A stretch of 60,820 bases of DNA, the filler included, from Squatina squatina (taxonomy: Eukaryota): assembly GCA_031763465.1 (NCBI GenBank). It is 4 parts of 4 records of this genome, joined end to end, with 100 filler letters (N's around TTAATTAATTAA, not from the genome) between each part and the next. Parts side by side here need not be neighbours in the genome. Positions count along the whole stretch, not along the records: positions 1 to 12,506 come from JARFOE010000013.1; 3 more parts are not named here. One strand, written 5' to 3'. Positions 1 through 11,686 of the stretch are shown here, piece by piece. Position 1 is the first letter of the stretch, and every line of letters begins with the position of its first letter. A model generated the notes under the pieces. That model did no database searches. It was not told the DNA's origin and saw only the letters and a list, made by a program, of their open reading frames with translations. Position numbers and translations under genes: made by a program.

Positions 1-167
1 GGCCAAATTTTTAAGCCAGGAAAATCAAACACTCCTAATATTTAAGCATTGTTCTTTGTTATAGGATTTTCCTCAGTATTATGGTGCCACATGTTTGTAT
101 ATTCTCACCATCTAAACACGGCATTCCTAATTTACCAATATGTTTTACTTTCCAGTTTTTTTCTCAG

Positions 168-384
168 GAGAATCTAGGCCAATCCAAGAAAGAATTTCTG
201 CAGGTCACTGGTCCTAAGATTGTCACAGCGAAGAAAGTAGTTGTACTCCTAACTGAAGAAGCAGCACTCTCAGCATTTGTTTACCACCAAGTTTTGTTTT
301 CTGAGTGGTTGGGAAGGCCAATTGCAACTGCCATGTTTAAAAACTCATGGAGAAGGTTTCGTCCATCTCTGAAGGTTATTCTTG
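168..384 (+). CDS. Internal coding exon of a putative TIR-like domain protein
   Basis: Pyrimidine-rich acceptor (ttttttctcag|GAG, with an in-frame alternative tccag| at 156) and donor CTTG|gtaggt. The stop-free peptide ENLGQSKKEFLQVTGPKIVTAKKVVVLLTEEAALSAFVYHQVLFSEWLGRPIATAMFKNSWRRFRPSLKVIL follows the TIR betaC-alphaC-betaD pattern. Confidence 0.6.
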
Positions 385-524
385 GTAGGTTCTCATCAAT
401 TCTGACTAAAATGATTAAGTGCAATGACTAATTGTTAGAAGCACAGAAGTAGACCAGAAATCAAATAAATCCAAACATGGTTGGTTTAGTCAGGCAAGAG
501 TTAACATTATTATAGTTTCTAGAG

Positions 525-973
525 AAAAGACTTAGCTTACATTTCACGACCTCAGGATGTCCCAAAGTGCTTTACATGAAGTACTTTTTGAAGTGCAGTC
601 ACTGTTGTAATGAAGGAAACCCATCAGCCAATTTACACACAGCAAAATCCCTCAAACAGCAAAGTGATAATGACTAGATAGTCTGTTTTAGCTGTTGGTT
701 GAGGAATAAATGTTGGCAGGGGTACCGGGGAGAATTTCACTGCTCTTTTTGGAAATAATGCCAGAAGATCATTTACATTCACCTGAGAAGACAGACAGGG
801 CCTCAGTTTAACATCTCATCCAAAAGACGGCACCTCCGACAGTGCAACACTCCCTCAGTACTGCACTGGAGTGTCAGCCTAGATTTTGTGCTCAAGTCGC
901 CGGAGTGGGACTTGGACCCACAACCTTCTGACTCGGAAAGTGAGAGTGCTACCATTGAGCCAAGGCTGACACT
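525..973 (-). mobile_element. DeuSINE (SacSINE1/AmnSINE1-like tRNA SINE), near full length
   Basis: The minus strand has a tRNA-like head (box A TGGCTCAATGG, box B-like GGTCCAAGTCC), a Deu central domain and an L2-like tail (aaagcactttgggacatcctgaggtcgtgaaa). At least 7 homologous copies occur in the window. Confidence 0.85.
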
Positions 974-1067
974 TTAAACTTAACAACTGAAAGCTTAACA
1001 TGTTTGTCTGAAACTCCTCTTCCTGCCATTTTAGTGGAGATGCTCATCTATCTAAGATAATGATGTC

Positions 1068-1175
1068 AGAGATGGAAAACTTGATACATTAGGGCTATAT
1101 TTGCTGGAGCAGAGAAAGCAAAGCGGAGATTAAATTAGACATTTTTTAATTTCAAAAGGGTTTTGACAGGGATGA
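1068..1175 (+). mobile_element. Degenerate CR1 LINE ORF2 C-terminal fragment
   Basis: Degenerate match to the LGLYSLEQRRLRGDLIEVFKIMKGFDR segment also seen at 2.1-2.2 kb. Confidence 0.5.
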
Positions 1176-2006
1176 AGGTGGGATGTAGGAAAGAGAGGTT
1201 CATTAGAAGGTAACAAATAAATTAGCGAAAAGCAAATACAAAGCAGGAGGCAAGAATGAGGGCAAAGGAGAACCAGCTGTGAAGAGCACAGGCGACAAAG
1301 CAGGAGGCATTTTCACAGTAGTGCCAAACAATGAATGCCACGGGCAGAGTCTCAACAGCAAACCAAAGCACAAGAGGACACACGCTGCAAAACCACGCCA
1401 TCTTCTCCTTCAGGAAAAGCTTTCCGCTAATAGTTGGCATAAGATGGGGCTGCAGGCTCAGGTCAAAGCCTGAGGGAAGAATACTGAAATGTGAGTTGGT
1501 GATGGCAGATTGATGGGGGAGGGTAGAAATGTGTATGGCAAAAGCTGCTGGTGATTATAACCCAATAGGAATTTAACTGGAACAGCAGAAAGGGGAAAGA
1601 GGCACCCAATCAAAAACAGCATCACTGAAGACAACAAATGGCAAATAGCAGAAACATGCGTGAAGTGGCATGTGGAAAGCGGTTAGGCAAAGACTAATGA
1701 AAACAGGGCAAGGTGAGGCAAGCGAGCAATCAAAATACAGAGCTTGAGCACATCAGTTAAATATTGAAGGACAAATGTCTCCCTTCCCTAGTCCAGGAAG
1801 TGTATGCACACATATGCTTTATTAGTGCAATATAAACCGGTAAGCAATTTCTTCTAAAATACATACAACATGTAGGAGGAATGCACAGTGGGTCCATCTG
1901 CATATGNNNNNNNNNNNNNNNNNNNNNNNNNNNNNNNNNNNNNNNNNNNNNNNNNNNNNNNNNNNNNNNNNNNNNNNNNNNNNNNNNNNNNNNNNNNNNN
2001 NNNNNN

Positions 2007-2540
2007 CTGTTTACAGTCCTGGGCACCACACCTTGAAAAGGATATATTGGCCTTGGAAGGAGTGCAGTGCAGATTGACCAGAATGTTCCCAGGACTCCAA
2101 GGGTTAGGTTATGAGGAGAGATGCCATAAACTAGGCTTGTAATCCCAGGAGTATAGAAGGTAACTGGGTAACTTTATTGAGAATTTTAGTATTTTGAATG
2201 GAATTGACAGGGTAGATCAAGAGAAACTATTTCCGTTGGTGGGGAGTCTAGGACACGGGGACATGACCTTAAAATCAGAACCAGGCCATTCATGAGAAGT
2301 TAGAAAAAACCTCTTCACGTGAATGGTGGTGGAAGTGCGAAACTCCCTCCCACAAAAAGCAGCAAATTGTTTACCCAATTAATAATTTTAAATTTGCAAT
2401 CGATAGATTTTTGCTAGACAAGGGTACAAAAGGATATGGAGCCAAGGTGGGTGGATAGAGTTAAGACACAGATTGTCCGTGATCTTAGTGCATGGCGGAA
2501 CAGGCTGGAGGGACTGAATGACCCACTCCTGTTCCTAGTT
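2007..2540 (+). mobile_element. CR1 (HER1-like) LINE 3' end
   Basis: Peptide WAPHLEKDILALEGVQCRLTRMFPGLQGLGYEER and a CR1 3' tail (ggcggaacaggctggagggactgaatgacccactcctgttcct). Confidence 0.85.
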
Positions 2541-3285
2541 GAAGCCGACGCTCTAATTTTCAAAAATCTCAGCCAATCACTACTCCAATTGAAATGCAAA
2601 TGAGCTGACCCCGGAAATTCTGGTGTCAATACATCTCCAGACCATTAACGATGGAACTCAAATTTAATTGGTGTAAAAGCAGCACTGAAATTCTGGTCCA
2701 GGTGAGTAAGAGACTCACTGAATGAAAGCAGTGAGAAGTTGAGCTGGTGTTTGAAATGTGTTTTTCCTCCAGATTGTTTTGTGGTAAACTGATAGAAAAC
2801 AGTGCAGTTTTTCATTCATGGGCAGCTTTCCAAAGGCTTTTACTACGTTAACCCAGTTCAAACAAAAACATCTGTGGTTGGTTAAAGGAAAAGTCGCAAG
2901 CGTGGTATTCTTGGCTGAAATGAAAGAGGAAGGGAATTGAAACTAAAATGCAATTGGCTTTCTTATATCAAGATATAAGTGACAGTAACCTTGTGACATT
3001 GATTGAAAGACATGACAGAGAGCTATCAGAAATGCATGCATTCAGCAAAGAATATTGTGCAAAAGGTTTCTGAATCAGAAATCTCTCTGAGTGCCCTTAC
3101 ACAGCTCCCAGCTCTGATTGAAGACATGTTGATGCAAATCCATGGGAACAGCTCATATACCTGCCCTTAGGAAAGAGTTATCAAGNNNNNNNNNNNNNNN
3201 NNNNNNNNNNNNNNNNNNNNNNNNNNNNNNNNNNNNNNNNNNNNNNNNNNNNNNNNNNNNNNNNNNNNNNNNNNNNNNNNNNNNN

Positions 3286-4075
3286 CGTGGGGATCACAGT
3301 AAATTGGTGCTGCCTGTTCTTTTACATGATTGCTGCATTCAGCCAGTGCTACTCGCGCTGGCCATTGGCTGCAGGTATCAGCAGGGGCCCGAGATCGCGA
3401 GTGGCTGGTTCTACTTAAAGGCAGCCTGCACCCCTTAAAGGGGAGGTGCACTTTGACTAGAATAGGTATTGGGAGTCCTTGATGAATGGAATCTATGCTG
3501 TGAAAGTTTGAAGAAGGGCTGGCAATGCGAGAGCGCGAGCACCAAGGCTTTCCGATAATGCACTGGAAAGCCTGTGAACAAAGTCAAAGAGCATGGAAGA
3601 GTTCAGCACCAATTTAGCACAGGGCTTTGCACAGAGCTTGGAGCCCATCCTTTGCAACGTGGAACAGGTGGGCACCTCCATCAGCATACCTGCGGAACCC
3701 ACCATGCTACAGCGTCTGATGATCAATGTCACAGCTTCCATTGCAACACAACCAGCTTCCATCAAAGGTCTGAGTGCTGCAGTGGAAGCTCAGACTGCTG
3801 CCATCGTGGCTCTGGGTACTACTGTTCAAAGGGGCTTCTAGGGCATCACAGCAGTCCATCAAAAGGTTCTCCAACAGATCAGCAGAATTGCTGAGGCGCC
3901 GCCCCAGGAGAGTGGTAGTGGCTCAATAGAACAAGAATTTGCTGTCCTCTCTCAGGCTGACAGAATTCCTGCTCCCACCCCACCACTCCGCCAGTGCCCT
4001 TGCTGTCGCCCGTCAACCAGCCAGCCCAGACTGCTGCCACCATGGCCAAGATGGTGCAGTCCGAATGCAGTCTGC
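3286..4075 (+). mobile_element. Probable PIF/Harbinger-related remnant (degenerate accessory-protein C-terminus)
   Basis: GC-rich segment with cccttaaagggg motifs and an Ala/Gln/Ser-rich, Pro-tailed reading frame broken by a stop (MEEFSTNLAQGFAQSLEPIL...GF*GITAVHQKVLQQ). The family assignment is inference. Confidence 0.4.
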
Positions 4076-6474
4076 ATATTATGGTTCATCAGGTTTGAAG
4101 AATCTATGAAAGTGATGGTGGTTTTACTGTTGCTGAAAATTCTAGGGTTAGCTTATCCACCATTTTGATTCAAAACTGAGGCCGAGAGGCTGTGGAATGA
4201 TCAATACTGGGAACAGTAAGTGTAGTCATGGAGGGAGCATAGCACAGAGGGGATTTGAAGAGCTGATAGAAGATAATTTCAAGCTGGTATCAATGGGAGA
4301 TAGCAGAAAAACAAATGGAATGGAAATGGGGAATATCAGAGAAGCAAATAGGTTGTGGTCTTAGATAAACAAGGCAGCTGGGAGAGCAGAATAAATGGCC
4401 TGTCACGTTCATCAAATTTTGAAAATTGTGAAAAATAATGAAGAATGAGAAAGAGGCAGACAGTATATGTGTGTGGAGAGATATACATAGAAATGCACAC
4501 AGAGGCAGATAAAGAGAGAGATGAAGATGAAGGTACTGCAACCTGGAACAATTGGGTCACCTGTGTTTTCTGGGCACTATTATGGAGTGTTATTTGAATT
4601 TGGTGAAATGACTCTCAGCCTCCATTACCAAACTTACCATTATGGTTTTCTCCCCGACTGTAGCATTCTCTTTGCTTACATTATAAGTGCAGCAGTCATT
4701 TATTCAGTGATTTATTTATTACNNNNNNNNNNNNNNNNNNNNNNNNNNNNNNNNNNNNNNNNNNNNNNNNNNNNNNNNNNNNNNNNNNNNNNNNNNNNNN
4801 NNNNNNNNNNNNNNNNNNNNNNGAAGCAGTGACAGCTTCACATCCCATGAAGCTGTTGCTGGCACTGACGGCTGCGGTTATTGCACCCCGCGGGGGAATT
4901 TCACCCACAGGGTGCAATGGGGGCGCTGAGTGGTCGCGGCGGGGCAGTAAAGAGTTGGTGTGCCCTTTGATGGCGTGCAGACCCACCACTAGGCCTTTAT
5001 GGGACCCCCCCCCGGGGAATTTCCCGGGAGAGATTGCCGCCTTGCACCGCCTCCATGTCTCCTCAGCCTGGCTTTTTCAGATAGTCCAAACATGGCATCA
5101 AGACCTGCCAAATGACACTATTGAAAAATATTGAGATTTACAAGATCTGGAAAAATATCATAATCCTATTCCATTGTAAATGAATTTTGATTCAATCTTC
5201 TGAAAATAGCTTAAAAGATTCCTACTCTTCTGACCTAAAATCAGTGCAGCACCAAAGTTGGTTTGTGTTCTGAGAGCCAATATAGTTAATGCTTCACTCA
5301 GATTATTGATTGGCGAGCTCCTTTGTCCATTAACTGCAATGGAATTTACAATATAACCATTATATTCGGTTCGTTCAATGCTGTCCGAGCACTGTGAATT
5401 CAATAACAGAACAAAAATAATTGTTGACAAAGGAGTGCTCTTCTGTTAAATAGCCAAGCATGAGTATGCAAAAGAAAATGGAACTAAAGTTACACAATAT
5501 TCTCTAAGAATAAAAGAGTATTTTAGATCAACATCCTTGTGAAAATATCAAAATTCTGGACCAATATACGTAATAGACATGATAGTTTAATCCCTTTTGG
5601 GTATAAAATGTCAAGTACAATGATCTCATACATCTCTTGTGGTTCATAAGATTAGCCCAGTGGCAGTGGAGGCACAACAGATAAATTAGATTTAGCAAGA
5701 ACTGCCCAGGAAAGCAGTGAAAATGTTGCTGAGTTTTCACAAAAACAACTGCAAATACTTTTTGAGTAAGTGGATTCTATGACACCACAATAATTAGATG
5801 AAGGTGGAAAGACATGATGGGAGGTTTAGTTTAAAGCATTCTTAAATTGCGGAAGCACTTGAGCTGTTGTGTGGCACATAAAAAAAAATGTAATAGAAAG
5901 GTGAAAGATTGCAGCTGCTGTTTGAAGGAAACAATTTGGACCAAGCACAGCTCTGTAGGTTAGTGACTTGCAAACGATTCCCCCAGTGGTCTTAAGAGAT
6001 GAAAGTAAAAATGTTTATCTCACATGAGTGGAGCCGGTCTGCAATAGTGTAATAAAGAATGTAGAGGTCTCTTTAGAGATAGTTATAATATCTTAAATTT
6101 AACATCTAATTTGAATATTTTAGGCTTTGGCCTCTACCTCAGAATTGACTGAAAGTAAAGAATGTACATGACATGGGGAAAATCGAGGAGAAATTATCAT
6201 TGTGAGGTGCTCTTTATAAAAGGTCTAGCTATATAACACTTAAGAGTTATAAAGGTATGGATATACACCATTTTACAAAGTTTGCCTTTTTCCTGTACTA
6301 GTTTTTTTTCATTCATTACAATAGAAAAATTACATGTTTTTACTAAATGCAGGTATGAAATAAAGCCGTTAGGAATATCAATGTTTTGTATGATCTCACC
6401 TTTTAAAAACTTACTGCTGTACCTAATACAGACAGCTATAGATTCCAAACAAAGTAAGAAGTATTAATCATGCT

Positions 6475-6767
6475 AGTGCTCCCCAACTTTCAAAAAAATG
6501 GCTTTAGCGCTCCAGGAAGTGGAGCGCTAAATCAAGTGCTCCACTTCCTTCTTGGAGCTCTAAAGGACGCAGGTGGGGCAGAAACCTCAGCAGCGCTGCA
6601 CACTGGGCCATCCAGTGCTGCCATGTTCAAAAGGTCCTTCCCTTCCTTAAAGGGAAGGGCCATCGCTGCAGGCTCTGCAATTTAAATGACACCTACCTGG
6701 ACCGCCAAGAGAGCAGCGAACCAGAGCAATCAGCTTGGCACAACAACCCAGCACTCTGCTTAACGAT
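6475..6767. repeat. GC-rich interspersed repeat fragment, probably non-autonomous Harbinger-like
   Basis: GC/CpG-rich island with a ccttaaagggaaggg motif, similar to the one at 10.9-11.7 kb and truncated by a gap. Confidence 0.4.
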
Positions 6768-7669
6768 NNNNNNNNNNNNNNNNNNNNNNNNNNNNNNNNN
6801 NNNNNNNNNNNNNNNNNNNNNNNNNNNNNNNNNNNNNNNNNNNNNNNNNNNNNNNNNNNNNNNNNNNTATTAATGTTGATTAATTTACCATATTAACTGA
6901 CATGGCAGTGAACTTCAACTGGCTTTACAAAGTTTAATTAAATATAAAGAAAATGACTTTCTATCATAAAAGAGCTCAGCAAGAAATATATTTACAAATA
7001 CAGGCTTATTATAGTTCGTACACTACAGGCATTAATTCAAATTTAGTTATCCATGTGGTGAACAGTATCTGACATGAAGGATTTTTTGTGAAGAAATCTA
7101 ATTAAAATATGCTCTGATTCAACTTTTGTGGCAGCCTTGTGATAAAGCATTGCAAATTCAATTGAACCTGCAATGCTTGAATATTGAGCAGAAAGAACAT
7201 TGTGGTAATTTTCAACTAAATTAATGTTAATGAAAAGGCAAACATAAACTTATTAGCTTACCTTTGATGCAGCATCAAAGCATACAAAACCCATATTGAA
7301 GTCGATTGTCAGTCCCATGAGGTGGCTCTCCAGCACACATGCGTAGGTCTTACACTGAAACAGTAGGAAACAAAATATTGCACATACGGNNNNNNNNNNN
7401 NNNNNNNNNNNNNNNNNNNNNNNNNNNNNNNNNNNNNNNNNNNNNNNNNNNNNNNNNNNNNNNNNNNNNNNNNNNNNNNNNNNNNNNNNATGGCCGACCT
7501 GAGAATTTCACACCATTTCTAGTCGTCAGGCAACTGAGGTGAATCGGCTGCAGGCTAAAAGAAAAAGGCAGTTGGGTCCCAAGACCTCAACAACTGGCCA
7601 AGGTAACAGTGCATGAAGTCACGCTATCAGTGCCTGGGACAACACCTTCTCAAAGCTCCCCATATGTGA

Positions 7670-8020
7670 AGGCAGAGTGTTGCTATTGCAAGAAAACTAA
7701 GCATCTTGCGAAGGCATGCCGACTGAAGAGTAAATTGACTGGCAATGCTAGAAGTAGAAATTGCCAGACACTACATAACTTTGAGGAGAAACAGCAGGAC
7801 GAGGAGTTTCTGGAGATTCATGTCATAAGGAGCACAAAGGTACCTAATAGCGATTTGCAAAGTATCGTCATCGAAGTAGATGGCGCAGGAACCAGGATAT
7901 CCATGGAAATCGACACCGGTGCATCCGTGAGCTTGGTACCAGAATCGCTATATTGCGACAAGTTGCATGATTATTGTCTAGAGAAATTGAAGATAGAGCA
8001 CGAGGCTACTCAGGAGAGCT
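7670..8020 (+). pseudogene. Gypsy gag zinc knuckle and aspartic protease
   Basis: CCYCKKTKHLAKAC (CX2CX4HX4C) and MEIDTGASVSLV. Confidence 0.9.
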
Positions 8021-8308
8021 AATCCCTGTAGTAGGAAGTGTCATCATACCAGTGAAATACAAGGATCAGTATCAGAGCTTGTGTCTCATAGTAGTGGCAG
8101 GAGACAAGTTTGCCTTGCCAGGTAGAAATTGGTTGGGGTCACTGAAGCTGGATTGGAATAGGATTTTTCGTGTGGAAGCAAAATTTGAATCAAAAGATGT
8201 TGCCATCAAGTGGTATCCGAAGGTGTTCTGTGAAACAGGCCTTCCAATCCAAGATTTCAAGGAGAGTGTCAGAGTGCAGAAGGACGCAAGACCAGTTTAC
8301 TGCAAGCC

Positions 8309-9117
8309 ATGTCCCACACCATACGCAAGGAGAGAGTTCAGCAAGAACTCAAAAGGCTAGAAACTGAGAACATTATCTCTAAGTTGGATCTGAGTAATTG
8401 GGCAACAACCATTGTTGTTGTATCTAAGTCAGCTGGTAAGGTAAGGCTGTGTGGTGATTATAAGGTAACTGTAAACCGAGTTCTAGAGTATAAATCTACC
8501 CAATACTTTGCCAAATGTGGAAGATTGTTCAGAACACTGACAGGTGGCCAGATCTTTTCAAAGTTAGATCAAACAAATGCCTACCCACAACTCAAGTTGG
8601 ATGAAGAGTCCAAATCATGCTTGATGATAAATACTCACTTAGGCCTATATCAGTTCAATAGTTTACCATTTGGAGTGACTTCCACCCCTGACATATTCCA
8701 GAGGGTGATGAACCAAAATTTGCAAGGGATTGAAGGGGTAGTGTGTTATTTAGATGACATTCTCATTTCAGCACCAAACAGGCAAATCCATAATAAGGTA
8801 TTGAATGAAGTGCTCAAATGGCTAGAGAAGCACAGAGTCCGAGTAACTGTTCACAAGTGTGAGATGTTTCAAAACTCAGTGGAGTACTTAGGACACAGAG
8901 TAGACAAAAATGGTTTACATCCAACCAAGGGAAAACTGGAAAAATGCACCCACTCCCAAGAATGTCTCTGAACTTCGGTCATCTTTGGGTCTTTTGAATT
9001 ATTATGGGAAGTTCCTCCCAAATTTGGCAATAGTGTTTCATCCACTGAATGAGCTGTTGAGAAAACCGATCCCTTGGAAGTGGTCAAAAGAATGCGACAC
9101 AGCATTTAAAGAGTGTA
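8309..9117 (+). pseudogene. Gypsy reverse transcriptase (frameshifted)
   Basis: VRLCGDYK, IFSKLD, LPFGV, YLDDILI, YLGH and LGLLNYYGKFLPNL. Confidence 0.95.
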
Positions 9118-9445
9118 CCTAAGAAGATCAAGCTAGCGTGTGATGCCTCTCCATATGGAGTTGGGGCAGTGATTTCTCATGTACTAGATAGTGGGGAGGA
9201 GAGACCAATTGCTTTTGCTTCACGCACTCTCAGTGCCAGTGAGTGGAATTATGTGCAGATTGAAAGGGAAGCTTTGGCATTGATTTTTGGGGTCAAGAAG
9301 TTTCACAAATACTTGTTTGGTCGTAAGTTTACCATAGTTACTGATCATAAGCCCCTGACAGCAATCCTCTACCCAAAGTCCCCAGTTCCGACCTTAGCTG
9401 CAGCCTGAATGCAGAGATGGGCTTTGACTGTATCAACATATACGT
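9118..9445 (+). pseudogene. Gypsy RNase H
   Basis: CDASPYGVGAVISH, RPIAFASRTL, IEREALA and TDHKPL, with an in-frame TGA after TLAAA. Confidence 0.9.
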
Positions 9446-9714
9446 ATGCCACTGAGTGCAGAGGATCAGCTGATGACAGGAATGCTGATTTTATGTTCAG
9501 TTTGCCATCCCCATCACAAGTTACACCCAATAGAGAAGTGTTCTATTTCGCATACATTAATGAGTTGCCAGTCACAGCTTATTAGGGCAACCAAACATGA
9601 CACAGTTATGTCAAAGGTGTATGCTTACCTAGCAAATGGGTGGCCAAACCAGGTATCAGAGGAAGATATTCATCCATACTTTGGTCATAGGAATGAATTG
9701 CAGGTGGATAAAGA

Positions 9715-10420
9715 TTGTATCATGTGGGAGCAAGAGTGGTGATCCCAAATAGGTTCAGGACTAAACTGTTAGGAGACCTTCATGGCCAGCACCTGGGAAT
9801 GTGCTTGACCAAGAGTTTTGCACGCAGATTCTTATGGCGGCCAGGCTTAGATAAAGAGATAGAGTACATCGTCAGTCAGTGTACAACATGTCAATTGGTG
9901 AGCAAGAAACCACCATCATGCCCATTACAGCCATGGAACTGGCCTCTCAGGGTGTGGCAAAGGTCACATATAGATTTTGCTGAGCTAGAAGGACAGCAAT
10001 TGTTCATAGTGATAGATAGCTATTCAAAGTGGGTAGATGCAGAAAATAACAACAAACCAAACACTAGACAATTTGCAAAGTTTATTTTCTTCATACGGCC
10101 TTCCAGAAGAAATTGTGACCAATAATTGGCCGCAATTTTGTTTAGAAGAGTTCACACAGTTCATGAGCATAAATGGTGTAATATACCAAAATTCCACTGT
10201 ACCATCCTGCTTCAAATGCTGCAGCAGAGCGCACAGTACAAATTGTAAAACGTGCCCTTACCAAGCAAATGTTGGATCCAAATCCAAAGAAACGGCAATT
10301 GTCATTGGACCATAAACTGGCAAATTTTCTGATTACTTATCAGAATATTCCTCATACCACTACTGGCAGAAAACCAGCAGGGTTGTTTCTCAAACGACAG
10401 CCATGAACCAGGCTCTGGTT
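9715..10420 (+). pseudogene. Gypsy integrase (frameshifted)
   Basis: HHCC motif (LHGQHLG...CTTC), HIDFA, GLPEEIVTNNWPQF (catalytic D apparently lost) and AAERTVQ. Confidence 0.9.
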
Positions 10421-10909
10421 GTTAAAGCCAAACTTGGCACAGTCAGTAGAAGAGAAGCAATCAAGGCGGAGAGTCAAAATAAAGGTAGAGTTAGAGAGAG
10501 GAGTGTGAAATTGAACCAGAAGGTTAGAGTGAAGAACCATCACTATAATTGGTTAAAGTGGTTACCAGGAAGAAATGTGAAGATATGTAGCCCTTGCACA
10601 TATTTGGTCAAGATGTTTGATCATGGAAAGGTTAGGTTTGTTCACATTGATCATATCTTACCTACAGATGTGGAAGGAGTTGAAAGTTGGGATGATTCAA
10701 TTTATTNNNNNNNNNNNNNNNNNNNNNNNNNNNNNNNNNNNNNNNNNNNNNNNNNNNNNNNNNNNNNNNNNNNNNNNNNNNNNNNNNNNNNNNNNNNNNN
10801 NNNNNNAGAGAATCTGAATATAGGATTCGCTGAATCTGAATCAAAAGAACAAATTTATCCCAATTCTTGTTCCACGTAGATTTCAGATCACCAAAGCTTA
10901 TAAATATAT

Positions 10910-11686
10910 TGGTTATCGCTGGAGCCGGCAGTTGGTAGGCTCCGGGGCACGGTTTGTTTAAGCCGGCCCCAGGGCAATTGCTGCTGGCATTGAATTGAGC
11001 TCTTGCCGGTTTTCTGCGTTGGCGCGATGACGTGGCACTGACCCGGTGGAGGTGCAGCTTTGCTTTAGCAACGTTAGCTCAAAACTATTTCCCATGTACA
11101 TTAATTGCTAATAAAATTATTACGAATATTATTAATGATAACTGCTGAGGTCAGCCGCAGCCCCACCCACTGCATTAAAGGGGAGGGCCGCTGGCCGATG
11201 CCACAAAGCCCTGGTGGCCGCCACTGGGCCACCAGGGAAGCTGGTGACTGAACGACCAGGCCGGCATGCTAGTTCGCGTGCCGGCAAGCAAATTGGTCAC
11301 CCAGTGAGGAGAGGACGGCTGCCATCGATCGGCTGATATGAGAGTTAGCTGAAGACAGCACCTCCCCTTTAACAGTCACTGGCAACGACAAATGCAACTT
11401 GCCATTACCAATGATGCCTGCCTTTCTAGTGACCCGCAGGTCACTAGCGCTGCAAAAAGGGGTCGCAGGGCGGCATTATGGGGTCAGCGCACGATGCAAT
11501 GACATCACGCGCTGGCGTGCGGCGGAATTCAAGTCTTCGGCGCAAAGGCGTTTGTGCTGCCAGGACGCCATGACCAAAACTGCAAATTGAGGTCTTGCGC
11601 CCGCGGAGCACCAATGCCATTTTTGTGCTCCGTTAGCGCCACTTGGAGGCATTAACAGGGCGCAAAAAGAGACAAATTGGGCTCCC
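10910..11686. mobile_element. Non-autonomous Harbinger-like element remnant
   Basis: CpG-rich island ending in the TIR-like caaattgggctccc|att, with internal ttaaagggg and cccctttaa motifs. Confidence 0.5.

Larger units (their letters stand above)
7490..10706 (+). mobile_element. Degenerate Ty3/Gypsy LTR retrotransposon internal region (gag-pol)
   Basis: Domain order is Zn knuckle, protease, RT, RNase H, integrase, which is the Gypsy order. It has many frameshifts and stops. LTRs are not visible because gaps flank it. Confidence 0.95.

Noticed and set aside
895-973. tRNA gene
   Set aside because: The box A/B signals belong to a SINE head, and no full cloverleaf is supported.
5235-5392. Possible minus-strand exon (CSDSIERTEYNGY...)
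   Set aside because: No recognisable protein motif and mediocre splice signals.
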